Virus record (IMG/VR): IMGVR_UViG_2061766007_000328
DNA: 38,331 bases
Source of the DNA: an uncultured virus (IMG/VR IMGVR_UViG_2061766007_000328)
Taxonomy: Duplodnaviria; Heunggongvirae; Uroviricota; Caudoviricetes; Crassvirales
Strand: one strand, 5' to 3'
A program made the translations under genes and the position numbers. The notes below the pieces were generated by a model, which saw only the letters and a program-made list of their open reading frames with translations, had not been told where the DNA came from and did no database searches. Shown here piece after piece: positions 19,248 to 28,417 of the stretch (within the stretch, counting starts at the first letter, position 1; each line of letters begins with the position of its first letter).

Positions 19248-20485
19248 TTAAAAATACTAACAATTCAGACCCATTTGCATGCGAAAACAATGCACCCTCT
19301 TCTTTGGATACTACTGGTGCGAGATCTACCTATGGTGTCATCAGTAATCTCATAAAGAAACGTGAGAATGTTCTTAAGGGAGGCATCAATTGCATACCGT
19401 TTCCGTTTGAGCGTTTCAGGAATGAAATTCCTGGAATAGAACAGGGTCAATATGTAATAGTATCCGCGAATCAGAAAGTCTGTAAGACTCAATGGGCAAA
19501 CTATGTATATTTGTATCATGTGCTGGACTATTGCTTTGAGCATCAGGACCAGTGCTCGTGCCATATCATATATTTTGCTCTTGAAGAGTCGATACAGCGT
19601 ATAATAGAGAGATACATGTCTCATCTGTTGTACGAGTTGGATGGACTTCGTTTCGCTCCTTCTGATTTGAGGTCTACACATAAGGAGTATCCTATTCCTG
19701 AAGAGGTACTTGATCTTCTTAATAGTGACAAGTATCAAGAAAGGCTGCGCTTCTTTGAGAAGTGTGTTCAGTTTGACACTGAGAATACTAACCCTACCGG
19801 CATACTCAGGGTATGTGAAGAATATGCAAAATCTGTAGGAGTGTATCGCTCCCATAAGGTTTCTTCCAAATCCAATTTTGCCAAGGAGATTGAGGTTTTC
19901 GACAGTTACAAGCAGAACGACCCTAATCACTACAAGATTGTCATCATTGACCATATTGGTCTTGTAGATAAGGAACAGGGGTTCAAGACCAAGGATGCCA
20001 TAGATAAGCTTTCAGAGTATTTCGTCAAGTACCTGCGTAACAGATATAATTATACCTGTGTGGCTATTCAACAGCAGGCATCAGACACTGAGGGTTTAGA
20101 GGCCCAGAAGCAGAAGAAAATGGTTCCTTCTGCTGCCGGTCTCAGCGATTCCAAGTATACCGCAAAGGATGCAAATCTTGTTCTTGGTTTGTTTGATCCG
20201 TCAAAGTTTGGACTTCCCATGTGGCTTGGTTATAAGATTCAGGATACTGACGGCTCGGGTCTTCTTACTTACGGAAGGTTTTTGTATGTCATTGCCAATC
20301 GTGATGGGGAAATGGGCGGTGTCTGTCCAATGTTCTTTGACGGTGCGGTATGTAATTTCGAAGAGCTTCCAAGACCTGATGATGTGAATGCTATCTCTTC
20401 GTATTACAACAAAGCCAAGGATATGAAGTCTTACCGTCAGTCAAGGAAACTCTCATCACTAATCCTTTCATTTTTCAAAAGATGA
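19244..20485 (+). CDS. DnaB-like (SF4) replicative helicase
   Basis: Walker A-like SANQKVCKT, YFALEES, IVIIDHIGL, AIQQQ, DANLVLGLF, IANRDG. Confidence 0.8.
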   Translation: MIKNTNNSDPFACENNAPSSLDTTGARSTYGVISNLIKKRENVLKGGINCIPFPFERFRNEIPGIEQGQYVIVSANQKVCKTQWANYVYLYHVLDYCFEHQDQCSCHIIYFALEESIQRIIERYMSHLLYELDGLRFAPSDLRSTHKEYPIPEEVLDLLNSDKYQERLRFFEKCVQFDTENTNPTGILRVCEEYAKSVGVYRSHKVSSKSNFAKEIEVFDSYKQNDPNHYKIVIIDHIGLVDKEQGFKTKDAIDKLSEYFVKYLRNRYNYTCVAIQQQASDTEGLEAQKQKKMVPSAAGLSDSKYTAKDANLVLGLFDPSKFGLPMWLGYKIQDTDGSGLLTYGRFLYVIANRDGEMGGVCPMFFDGAVCNFEELPRPDDVNAISSYYNKAKDMKSYRQSRKLSSLILSFFKR

Positions 20486-20727
20486 CAAAGACATTATTGT
20501 TAATAGAGCGTAATGATGAAGGAGCCAGTCTTGAGTTCAACACGGCTGATAAGAATGATATGCTGTGTATAGCTACTGCTCTTACCAGCCTACTCAAAGA
20601 CAAGCCCGCGCTTCAGTCGCTTATTGTGGATATGCTTGAAGCGTACGAGCATGACGAAGACTTTCACGACGCTCTTGATAAATCGACTCTGAATATTCCG
20701 GATTTTAATAAAATTCTCAAAAATTAA
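20482..20727 (+). CDS. Hypothetical protein
   Basis: 81-aa ORF coupled on both sides. Confidence 0.7.
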   Translation: MTKTLLLIERNDEGASLEFNTADKNDMLCIATALTSLLKDKPALQSLIVDMLEAYEHDEDFHDALDKSTLNIPDFNKILKN

Positions 20728-21530
20728 TGGCAAAAGAAATTATTCTACCTACTAAACGTAGTGAGGCGGAGAACTATAACCCAAGGTTGATGGTTCTCTT
20801 CGGTCTCCCAAAGAGCGGGAAATCTTCCTGCGTTGCCAGTCTTGACGACAATCTTATCATAGACCTTGAAGACGGGTATCGTGCTCTGAGTGTCATGAAG
20901 GTGCAGGCTCGTAACATAGCGGACATCTTTGCAATCAAGGCTGCTATCCAGAAGAAGATTACCGATACCGGTAAGGTTCCGTACAAGTTCATCACCATTG
21001 ACAATGCCACCAGACTCGAGGAGATGTGTCTTGAGTATGCAGCAGCACTTTACCGCAAGCTTCCCATGGCTCAGAACTGGGGGCTCAAGCGTGACAAGGA
21101 AGGAAATCTCCTGCGTGTCAACGGTAAGACTGTTCCTGACCCTAAAGCAGATGTCAGGACTCTTCCCAACGGTTCCGGTTATCTGTATCTCAGGAATGCT
21201 CTTAAGGATGTCATAGATACATTCCAGGGACTGTGCGAAACCCTTATTCTTGTATGTCATGTCAAGGACAAGCAGATACAGATGAACGGAGCCGAGTCAA
21301 TAGAACTGGCGGTGGATCTCGCTGGTAAACTTGGTGACATTATCTGTGGTAAGGCCGATGCTGTGGGATTTGTCTATCGTGAGAAGAACAATACCATTAT
21401 TTCCTTTGAGGGTGGTGAAGGGCACATACGTGAAGCAAGGCCCATGCATCTCCGTGGAAAGCGTTTCATAGTGGGAACGTCGGATGAGAATAACGTTCTT
21501 ACTATGGATATGTCAAAGATATTCCTGTAG
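20727..21530 (+). CDS. AAA_24/Sak4-like P-loop ATPase
   Basis: FGLPKSGKS, IIDLEDG, ITIDNAT, LILVCHVKD, ADAVG. Confidence 0.8.
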   Translation: MAKEIILPTKRSEAENYNPRLMVLFGLPKSGKSSCVASLDDNLIIDLEDGYRALSVMKVQARNIADIFAIKAAIQKKITDTGKVPYKFITIDNATRLEEMCLEYAAALYRKLPMAQNWGLKRDKEGNLLRVNGKTVPDPKADVRTLPNGSGYLYLRNALKDVIDTFQGLCETLILVCHVKDKQIQMNGAESIELAVDLAGKLGDIICGKADAVGFVYREKNNTIISFEGGEGHIREARPMHLRGKRFIVGTSDENNVLTMDMSKIFL

Positions 21531-21607
21531 TATATCTAATCTGATGTCTTTCAGATAAATAAAATTAAATAAAAAATAACCGATTTACTTTCTAAATATT
21601 ACATCCA

Positions 21608-22093
21608 ATGACTATTACTAACAAGAAGCTCCTTAAGAATTTCAAGAGCATCCTTTCTTCCAGTGTTGCCGCCAAGGAAATTGTCGCCTCCGAGATTGAG
21701 AGGGTGGACGAGAAGTATCGTAAACTTGCAGAGGCGGAGAAGTCTGACCTTACAGAACAGATGAAGGTTCTTGACGACCAGATAAAACTGTATTCCAGTT
21801 TAGTTCAGTGTAACGAGCCTGAGCAGCAGGAAACTCCCGCTGAGGAGAAGGTAGTGGATACTGTATTCCCTGAGAACAATGCTGAGGAGGATGAAGTTGC
21901 TGAAGAGAGCACCGCAACTGTAGAAGCGGAGGAGGAAGAGGCTGAAGAGGCATCTGAGGATACCGAGGATGTTCATCACAACGGTGAGGGAGATATTGTG
22001 TGGCCTGAAGACGATGATGCAGCTGAGGAGGAATCCGATGAGGATACTGAAGAAGACGGCGATGGTTGGCCCGAGGAGCCCCAGGAGTGGTAA
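21608..22093 (+). CDS. Coiled-coil protein with highly acidic C-terminus
   Basis: D/E-rich tail ending GWPEEPQEW. Confidence 0.75.
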   Translation: MTITNKKLLKNFKSILSSSVAAKEIVASEIERVDEKYRKLAEAEKSDLTEQMKVLDDQIKLYSSLVQCNEPEQQETPAEEKVVDTVFPENNAEEDEVAEESTATVEAEEEEAEEASEDTEDVHHNGEGDIVWPEDDDAAEEESDEDTEEDGDGWPEEPQEW

Positions 22094-22122
22094 TTCATGT
22101 CTAACCTATAATAGTTTCAAGT

Positions 22123-23058
22123 ATGATTACAAATTCTAATGTTTCCAGAACTGCTCCTACCGAGGAGTATGTAGATATCAAGAAATGGGTTGGTGTCGGC
22201 TCTGTCTCAATCGTAGCCATCAATCCCAACAATGCAAAGCTTCGTGAGTTTGGCTGGAGCATCGCTGAAGATGCAGCCGAGCCCGTATATGCTTATAACA
22301 AGGAGTCCAATACTTCAGGTAGGATTCGTTTCCTCGTAAAGCTCGAGGATGTGGAGTCCAAGCCTGTCGTAGCTATGGATTTCTTTGTGCGTCCCGAAAT
22401 CAGGATGACTGGTAGAGAGGGCGATTCCGAGCGCAAATGTCAGGTTATTGACTCTTATGGTCGTAGTGCTTTTGCTACCAAGGCGGAGTTTACTTCCCAT
22501 AAGATTCCTCAGTATGCCAACGGTCCTGCGCTGATTGCAAGCAATTACAAGCCGTGTCACGTCGGCGAGGCTGAACTTATCCAGTTCCTCATGAAGTTCC
22601 TCAACATTACTCCTCTCCAGAGGTTTGACAGGAACCGCAACGAGTGGATTGACAACAAGCAGCCCGGAGAGCTTACCATTGACCATTGGGATAAGTTGTG
22701 CGCCGGTGATGTCAGTGAAATCGCCGAGTACGTAGCATATCAACCGGACAATAAGGTCAAGGTTATCTTTGGCGTTAGGACTACCGACGACAACAGGACC
22801 TATCAGACGTTCCTGTCTTCCCTCTTCCTCGGTAACGGCGCATTCGTAGACAAGACCTCCGGTGTGTACAGTAACGCACAGAAGGAAATCAACAGGTATA
22901 TGGATAGGCAGAATGCTGATTCTCCTGTTACATATACCTTCAGCGCTCTTCCTGTTCACGAGTGGGCTGTAACAGCCAGCAATGTAGAGGAGGGCAACGA
23001 GGATATGCCTGATTTCGACGCTCCGGCTACCGAAGAGCCAGACGGGCTTCCCTTCTGA
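22123..23058 (+). CDS. Putative single-stranded DNA-binding protein
   Basis: Acidic tail ending DGLPF; lies between ATPase and primase. Confidence 0.55.
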   Translation: MITNSNVSRTAPTEEYVDIKKWVGVGSVSIVAINPNNAKLREFGWSIAEDAAEPVYAYNKESNTSGRIRFLVKLEDVESKPVVAMDFFVRPEIRMTGREGDSERKCQVIDSYGRSAFATKAEFTSHKIPQYANGPALIASNYKPCHVGEAELIQFLMKFLNITPLQRFDRNRNEWIDNKQPGELTIDHWDKLCAGDVSEIAEYVAYQPDNKVKVIFGVRTTDDNRTYQTFLSSLFLGNGAFVDKTSGVYSNAQKEINRYMDRQNADSPVTYTFSALPVHEWAVTASNVEEGNEDMPDFDAPATEEPDGLPF

Positions 23059-24083
23059 TGATTTCAAACACTAAGAGAAGTGTCTTGTCCATAACCAGAG
23101 ATGATGTAAAGCTTTCCGATGCCGATATCATCAAACGGTATATGGGCATAGATACTTTTCCTTGTACCTTCCGGTCTCCCTTGCGGGATGATGACGTCAA
23201 TCCGTCATTTTCCATGAGGGAGACTCTTGGTAAGGTATATTGGAAAGACTTCGGAACCGGTGAATCAGGTTCCGCTGTTGCCCTTATGGCTAAGTTATGG
23301 GGTGTCAAGTATAAGGAGGCGCTTCTCAAGATACAGTTGGACACAGAGAGACGTGTCCCTGCGTTTGAACTCATAAAGAGGTATAAGGGTAAGATACATC
23401 TTACCAGTAACTCCACCATGGATATCAAGGTCCGTGAGTGGAGAAAATGGGATACAGAATTCTGGAAATCTTTTGGAATAAGCCGTAAGTTCTGCAAGTG
23501 GTGCAATGTCTTTCCAGTGTCACATCTGTTCTTTACAAGGATTGATGCGGATACGGGCAAGAAAACTACAATCACAATACCGGCGGATAAGTATGCTTAT
23601 GCATACATAGAATGGAAGGATAACAAGGAGAGCATTAAGCTTTATCAGCCGTTCTCACAGACTATGAAGTGGCTTTCCAAGCACGACGCATCCGTATGGG
23701 ACCTGTGGAAGCAGGCATTCAGGTGGGCGGATAAGAGAAGCAACGAAGCTGTGATAATCACTTCTTCCAGGAAGGACGCAATGTGCCTGTGGGAGAATCT
23801 TGGAGTTCCCGCTATGGCCCTGCAAGGCGAAGGTTATCTTCCCAAACCGCAAGTTATGCAACAAGTGTTTGACAAGTTCAAAACCGTATATCTGTGGTAT
23901 GACAATGATTTTACTCACAAGAATGACAATCCAGGTCAGGACAATGCAGCCAAACTTGTGGAGATGTATCCGGGGCTTCGTAATATTCTTATACCTAGTG
24001 TGTATAAGAGCAAGGATCCCAGCGATCTCGTCAAGAACGTCGGTGCCCAAGCCTTGAAGGAACTATGGGAAATACAAAAGTAA
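23058..24083 (+). CDS. DNA primase (DnaG-like TOPRIM)
   Basis: FRSPLRDD..PSF..WKDFG N-domain; ITSSRKDAM, YDND, SKDPSD. Confidence 0.8.
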   Translation: MISNTKRSVLSITRDDVKLSDADIIKRYMGIDTFPCTFRSPLRDDDVNPSFSMRETLGKVYWKDFGTGESGSAVALMAKLWGVKYKEALLKIQLDTERRVPAFELIKRYKGKIHLTSNSTMDIKVREWRKWDTEFWKSFGISRKFCKWCNVFPVSHLFFTRIDADTGKKTTITIPADKYAYAYIEWKDNKESIKLYQPFSQTMKWLSKHDASVWDLWKQAFRWADKRSNEAVIITSSRKDAMCLWENLGVPAMALQGEGYLPKPQVMQQVFDKFKTVYLWYDNDFTHKNDNPGQDNAAKLVEMYPGLRNILIPSVYKSKDPSDLVKNVGAQALKELWEIQK

Positions 24084-24103
24084 AAGAGAATGAAAGTCTT
24101 ATT

Positions 24104-24289
24104 ATGAGAAAGAAGAAATATACCATTGAAGTTGTGTTCTCCACTCCTATAACAGTTGACGTGGAGGCGAACGACATTGATGAAGCAATGGACATCGCCG
24201 AATACGAGGCAGATCTTACATTCAGTGACATGCTGGACAATAAGATGCTTTGTACCGGTGATTTCGATTGCTGCGCACAAACACCATAA
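24104..24289 (+). CDS. Hypothetical protein
   Basis: MRKKKYTIEV...VEANDIDEA. Confidence 0.65.
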   Translation: MRKKKYTIEVVFSTPITVDVEANDIDEAMDIAEYEADLTFSDMLDNKMLCTGDFDCCAQTP

Positions 24290-24294
24290 CCAAT

Positions 24295-24486
24295 ATGAAT
24301 AAGTCTGTAATCATAACCGTCTTGGATTTCTTTGAAAGCGAGGTAGATATCTTCCAGGCTTTTGTTTCTGATGAAGATACTGATGTCGAGGTTCAGGATA
24401 TCATAGAAGAAAGGGGGCATCATATACAGGACTGTCACTATATGTTCTCTGACCCCAATAAAATCAAGATTAAAGTTGATTTGTAA
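24295..24486 (+). CDS. Hypothetical protein
   Basis: MNKSVII...; TAATG-coupled to next gene. Confidence 0.65.
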   Translation: MNKSVIITVLDFFESEVDIFQAFVSDEDTDVEVQDIIEERGHHIQDCHYMFSDPNKIKIKVDL

Positions 24487-24667
24487 TGGACTTTGAGAAA
24501 ATCTGTATGATGTTCACGATGCAGGAACCGTATTACGGTATCATCCTGTCATCTATGGAGAGGATACCTGACGAGAGGATAGGCACAATCGGTGTCGCCA
24601 AGTATGGAAACGTGTTCCGGCTTATATACAATCCCAAGTTCCTGGAACCCCTTAATGTTGATACTAT
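24486..24667 (+). CDS. N-terminus of DUF2201-like metallopeptidase/vWA protein
   Basis: EPYYGIIL...TIGV...LIYNPKF; continuation at 35324 and 36703. Confidence 0.7.
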
Positions 24668-24708
24668 NNNNNNNNNNCCCGTGTGATGGTTCAGGCTCTA
24701 ACAGTCTT

Positions 24709-24810
24709 TTATCTATTCTCATCATCTCTTTGTTTCTTTAATCTTCCGAACTTATATCCAAGCACGAATGCTATCACTCCGAATAGCAGTGTGCCTACGT
24801 ATTCCCACAT
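24709..24810 (-). CDS. 33-aa membrane peptide (variant start at 24860-24922)
   Basis: MWEYVGTLLFGVIAFVLGYKFGRLKKQRDDENR*. Confidence 0.55.
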   Translation of the reverse strand: MWEYVGTLLFGVIAFVLGYKFGRLKKQRDDENR

Positions 24811-24921
24811 CATTGTTCCTCCTCCTCTGGTAGTTTTGGTATCTCCATCNNNNNNNNNNAAACTTGAATCCAAGCCAGAACGCTATCACACACGCGAACA
24901 ACGTTCCTACATATTCCCACA

Positions 24922-25284
24922 TCATTGTTCCTCCTCCTTTGGTAGTTTTGGTATCTCCATCCAGTAGTCAATAAATACTTCCCTGACCTCTTCATCAAAG
25001 TCTCTCCACTTCATTAGATTCGTATCGAAATATTGTAGTCCAACGCATTGTGCGACTCCTGCTTGGTTTACGCAAGTGAAATAGAACCCACATTTTTCTG
25101 GCAGTCTGTCCTTGACGGAAACCCAGCCAAGGTCTTTCTCGGCTTGTTCATAACCTGCCTTGAAGTCATAATTCATATTGAGACGCATATACTCATCCTC
25201 GGACAAGATGTTTGCACCTCCCATTACTCTTGGACCGTGTGTAGCCAACTGGTAGGCTATGCTTTTTTCTTCCGCTCTTGTCAT
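24922..25284 (-). CDS. DUF551-like phage protein
   Basis: WVSVKDRLPE...IDYWMEIPKLP. Confidence 0.7.
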   Translation of the reverse strand: MTRAEEKSIAYQLATHGPRVMGGANILSEDEYMRLNMNYDFKAGYEQAEKDLGWVSVKDRLPEKCGFYFTCVNQAGVAQCVGLQYFDTNLMKWRDFDEEVREVFIDYWMEIPKLPKEEEQ

Positions 25285-25613
25285 ATCCTTTCCGTTACAA
25301 ATTCGTAATACTCCTTGGCAAACTTCTCTGCAAACTCTATGTTTGTAGAAAGACCATTACTCATACTTGAGCATACAGCATCCATTCTGCCGTCAATACA
25401 AGGCATAACTACAAAGTCAACAGAGTATCCTGCACCTTCTCTAAACTGTTCAAAGTTCCAGAATCTGAAGATAAGTTGGTACATATCTTCTTCTCCGTTT
25501 CTAACCATCTTGGATACATCAAAGTCTTCCTCGCCGTATTTGGCACTGAACCACTTCCTGTACCCTCTGTCAAGCAAGGATTTCTCAAATACTTTCCATT
25601 CAGTCTTTTCCAT
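25281..25613 (-). CDS. Hypothetical protein
   Basis: 110-aa ORF in tightly packed array. Confidence 0.7.
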   Translation of the reverse strand: MEKTEWKVFEKSLLDRGYRKWFSAKYGEEDFDVSKMVRNGEEDMYQLIFRFWNFEQFREGAGYSVDFVVMPCIDGRMDAVCSSMSNGLSTNIEFAEKFAKEYYEFVTERI

Positions 25614-25615
25614 AA

Positions 25616-25978
25616 TTACTCTAATGATAGTTTTACTTTAAGTAGCTTTATAATTTCCTCCTGAATATTCTTTTCCCAAGGAAGCATAATTTCTACGATA
25701 GAGTCAATTACCTCGTTTCTTTTCTTGTCAAATTTGGCAAATTGCTGGATGAGACTCCGACACTTAGGATTACTTGGTGAAAGACAGTTATAGTTCTCAA
25801 TACCACTTGAGACTTTACCATCACGCCATAGCACTAACCACTGGTAGTGAATTTCTTTTCCACTTTCAGTTATGTAACTCTGGTCTTCTATATCAATAAT
25901 GGTGTCAGTGTCAACACTCCCATCGTAACATTCATAGAAGATACGGTCTACAACTTTATATTTCTTATTTCTTCCCAT
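25616..25978 (-). CDS. Hypothetical protein
   Basis: 120-aa ORF. Confidence 0.7.
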   Translation of the reverse strand: MGRNKKYKVVDRIFYECYDGSVDTDTIIDIEDQSYITESGKEIHYQWLVLWRDGKVSSGIENYNCLSPSNPKCRSLIQQFAKFDKKRNEVIDSIVEIMLPWEKNIQEEIIKLLKVKLSLE

Positions 25979-25980
25979 AG

Positions 25981-26358
25981 TTACATCTCGTTTAGTTTGT
26001 CAATTAACTTTTCAAATGGTGAGTAAGCAAGATTGTTTGCTTTGGCAACTTTTATTTGTTCATTAGCCCACTCCAACAGAGCGTCCTTCTTCCATTCTGC
26101 TCCGGCTTTGAAAGCATCAATGACATCCACTTGTCCATATATGGATGGTCTGCTATCAAACGAGTATTTATATGCCGCTTCCTCCAGACTCTTGTCGGGT
26201 TCTTCCGAGAGGGTGTCAAGGAAGGAAAGTACCTTATCCAAATAGGCATACCCTGCGTATGACTTGATGAGTTCCAACGAGCAATCCTTTGGATGAATCG
26301 AAATGAAGTCTTGTTGCAGTTCTTTAACAAACTGTCTTATCTTCTCTATCTTGTCCAT
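25981..26358 (-). CDS. Hypothetical protein
   Basis: 125 aa; SLEEAA...AFKAGAEW motif common in small Bacteroidota phage genes. Confidence 0.7.
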   Translation of the reverse strand: MDKIEKIRQFVKELQQDFISIHPKDCSLELIKSYAGYAYLDKVLSFLDTLSEEPDKSLEEAAYKYSFDSRPSIYGQVDVIDAFKAGAEWKKDALLEWANEQIKVAKANNLAYSPFEKLIDKLNEM

Positions 26359-26474
26359 ATCTAAATCAAGTTAAAAAAGGGTACGATAAGAGGAGCCTTC
26401 CCGGGAGGACTCGTGGCAATCACTATTTACCATNNNNNNNNNNGAACTTTCTTATCTTCTCTATATTGCCCATA

Positions 26475-26768
26475 TCATTTACTGTTTAGTTGTCCTAACC
26501 CATAGAAGTAACGGGCAATGACTTTGAACTTGCCAAGAGTTATTACCTTGCTCCACTCAGTCGCTATCCAGTATTCCTCTATCTCCTCCTCCAAGTCAAC
26601 CTCCTGCTGCTCCTGCTGGAGAGAGTCAACAATCTTAAGAATATTGTGTATTTCACTTCTACGGTAAAATGACTCAAGGCCACCTTCATCAGTAAGTACT
26701 GGAACGGTTATCTCCTCATAACGATTTGCAAGGAGTTTTCTCAGTTTATCTGCGTCAATGTACTTCAT
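26475..26768 (-). CDS. Hypothetical protein
   Basis: MKYIDADKL...SLQQEQQEVDLEEEI...IARYFY. Confidence 0.7.
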   Translation of the reverse strand: MKYIDADKLRKLLANRYEEITVPVLTDEGGLESFYRRSEIHNILKIVDSLQQEQQEVDLEEEIEEYWIATEWSKVITLGKFKVIARYFYGLGQLNSK

Positions 26769-26770
26769 AA

Positions 26771-26947
26771 CTAACTATTTTTACAATGTAGACCAAGTAT
26801 CAAAGGAAACGCAATCCAGCACAGAAGGAGTACGAGAAAAAATCTTACAAGCATTTGCCAAATATTTTTGTTAGTTTCGTCGTCAATATATCCAGCCATA
26901 AAGGCAAGGGAGAAGAAGTAGTATATTGTCAGTATTGTTGTAATCAT
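26771..26947 (-). CDS. 58-aa two-TM membrane protein (not in ORF track)
   Basis: MITTILTIYYFFSLAFMAGY...FFLVLLLCWIAFPLILGLHCKNS*. Confidence 0.55.
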   Translation of the reverse strand: MITTILTIYYFFSLAFMAGYIDDETNKNIWQMLVRFFLVLLLCWIAFPLILGLHCKNS

Positions 26948-27032
26948 ATCTAAATCAAATAAAGGGTGCGTCCCTCAAGTGGGAGAGCAGGTGGCTACAT
27001 CGGGGTAATCCATATACCACGCGCCCTATAAG

Positions 27033-27870
27033 TTATATCAGTTTCTTGAGATTGTCATACATTATAGATAGCCTGACAGAATCCGCAACATCGGTCTTAG
27101 CTAATTTGTGTACCGCATTATTCAGTGCATTCATCTGCTCCTCGCTGGGTTTCCAAGAAGGACGGAGGGATTTGAGCCAAGATATAAGGGATTCTATACT
27201 TTCGTATGCTTGGTTATTGCTATTTCTGTCAATAGTCTTTTGATGGTCGCGTAGCCACTCAACTACACCCTCTCTGCGGTGCTCATCCTCCTCGTTCCAC
27301 ACGGGATAGAAAGAGCCGTCACTGCTTACAAACCCATTTTGATATTTACACTTCTGCTCTTCTTTTAACTGTTCGTGCTGTATATTACAATTGTTCCAAC
27401 CGTCATAATATGCCTTGCGATATTCCTCGGTCCAACCAGTTTCATCAACCTCGTGATGGCAGTAGTTTGGCTTCTGCTCTTTCTGCCTTTCGAGGTAGGC
27501 GAGTTCTTTTGCCTTATCAGGGTCATTCGTTTTTCCCCAATACATTTCAACTATCGCTACAAGGTGTTTCCGTATCCTCTCATCCTCGCTCTCGCGGAGT
27601 TCGGGGAAGATACCATTAAAGTCTTTTTGCATTTCGCCGTTTTTGTCAAAGATTACATCACCAAGATTTGTGTCTTTGGTATAATANNNNNNNNNNCCTC
27701 TCATCCTCGCTCTCTGCAAGTTCAGGAAAGATACCATTAAAGTCCTTTTGCATTTCACCGTTTCTGTCAAAGATTACATCACCAAGATTTGTGTCTTTGG
27801 TATAATACTTTTCTTTGAACGATTTGAAGCGTTCCAAAGCCTCGTTGTATAGTTTCTCGTATTTGTCCAT
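27033..27870 (-). CDS. Hypothetical protein (gap with duplicated overlap)
   Basis: MDKYEKLYNEAL...IFPEL.ESEDERIRK...WKPSEEQM. Confidence 0.7.
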
Positions 27871-27872
27871 AA

Positions 27873-28325
27873 CTAATCCTTTTTACAAGTTCCCGATGTG
27901 GTGAATGTACCTATGTCTCCTCCCGTTCTTGGGCAGTTGATGCAGTCCCTCATAGGATTGGTACATACTCCTCCGTGGTAACAAGGCGGGTTATAGTGAA
28001 AAGTGTAGGACTTATCGTACTCCTTCCTTGCATCCTCGCGACCTTTCCAATATTGGTCAAGTCCAACAGTACAACCCATGCAGATTTCTTTCTTGGCGAG
28101 TTCAAGGAGGGTTTTAGCGTTGGCATCAACTGCTGCTCTAACATCAATCTTTAATCCGTTGTATGCATCAAAAATTGAATATAGCATTTCCTCAAACTCC
28201 GTCAGTGCTGGCTCTTTGGGAGCAAAAGCCTCGGAGTCCACAAGCTCCTTTAATGCCCGTAGTTCATTCTCCACTTCGTGTATTCTGCGCTTGATTTCTT
28301 TGCGCATTGTATTGGTTTCTTCCAT
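27873..28325 (-). CDS. Hypothetical protein with Cys-rich C-terminus
   Basis: PCYHGGVCTNPMRDCINCP. Confidence 0.7.
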   Translation of the reverse strand: MEETNTMRKEIKRRIHEVENELRALKELVDSEAFAPKEPALTEFEEMLYSIFDAYNGLKIDVRAAVDANAKTLLELAKKEICMGCTVGLDQYWKGREDARKEYDKSYTFHYNPPCYHGGVCTNPMRDCINCPRTGGDIGTFTTSGTCKKD

Positions 28326-28417
28326 AATCTATCCGTTAAAAATCCGCAAGGGAAGGAAATATACTCTCAACACTATGACTGTTTAACTTCTAACTGGTCC
28401 TTCCCCTGCAGATTATA

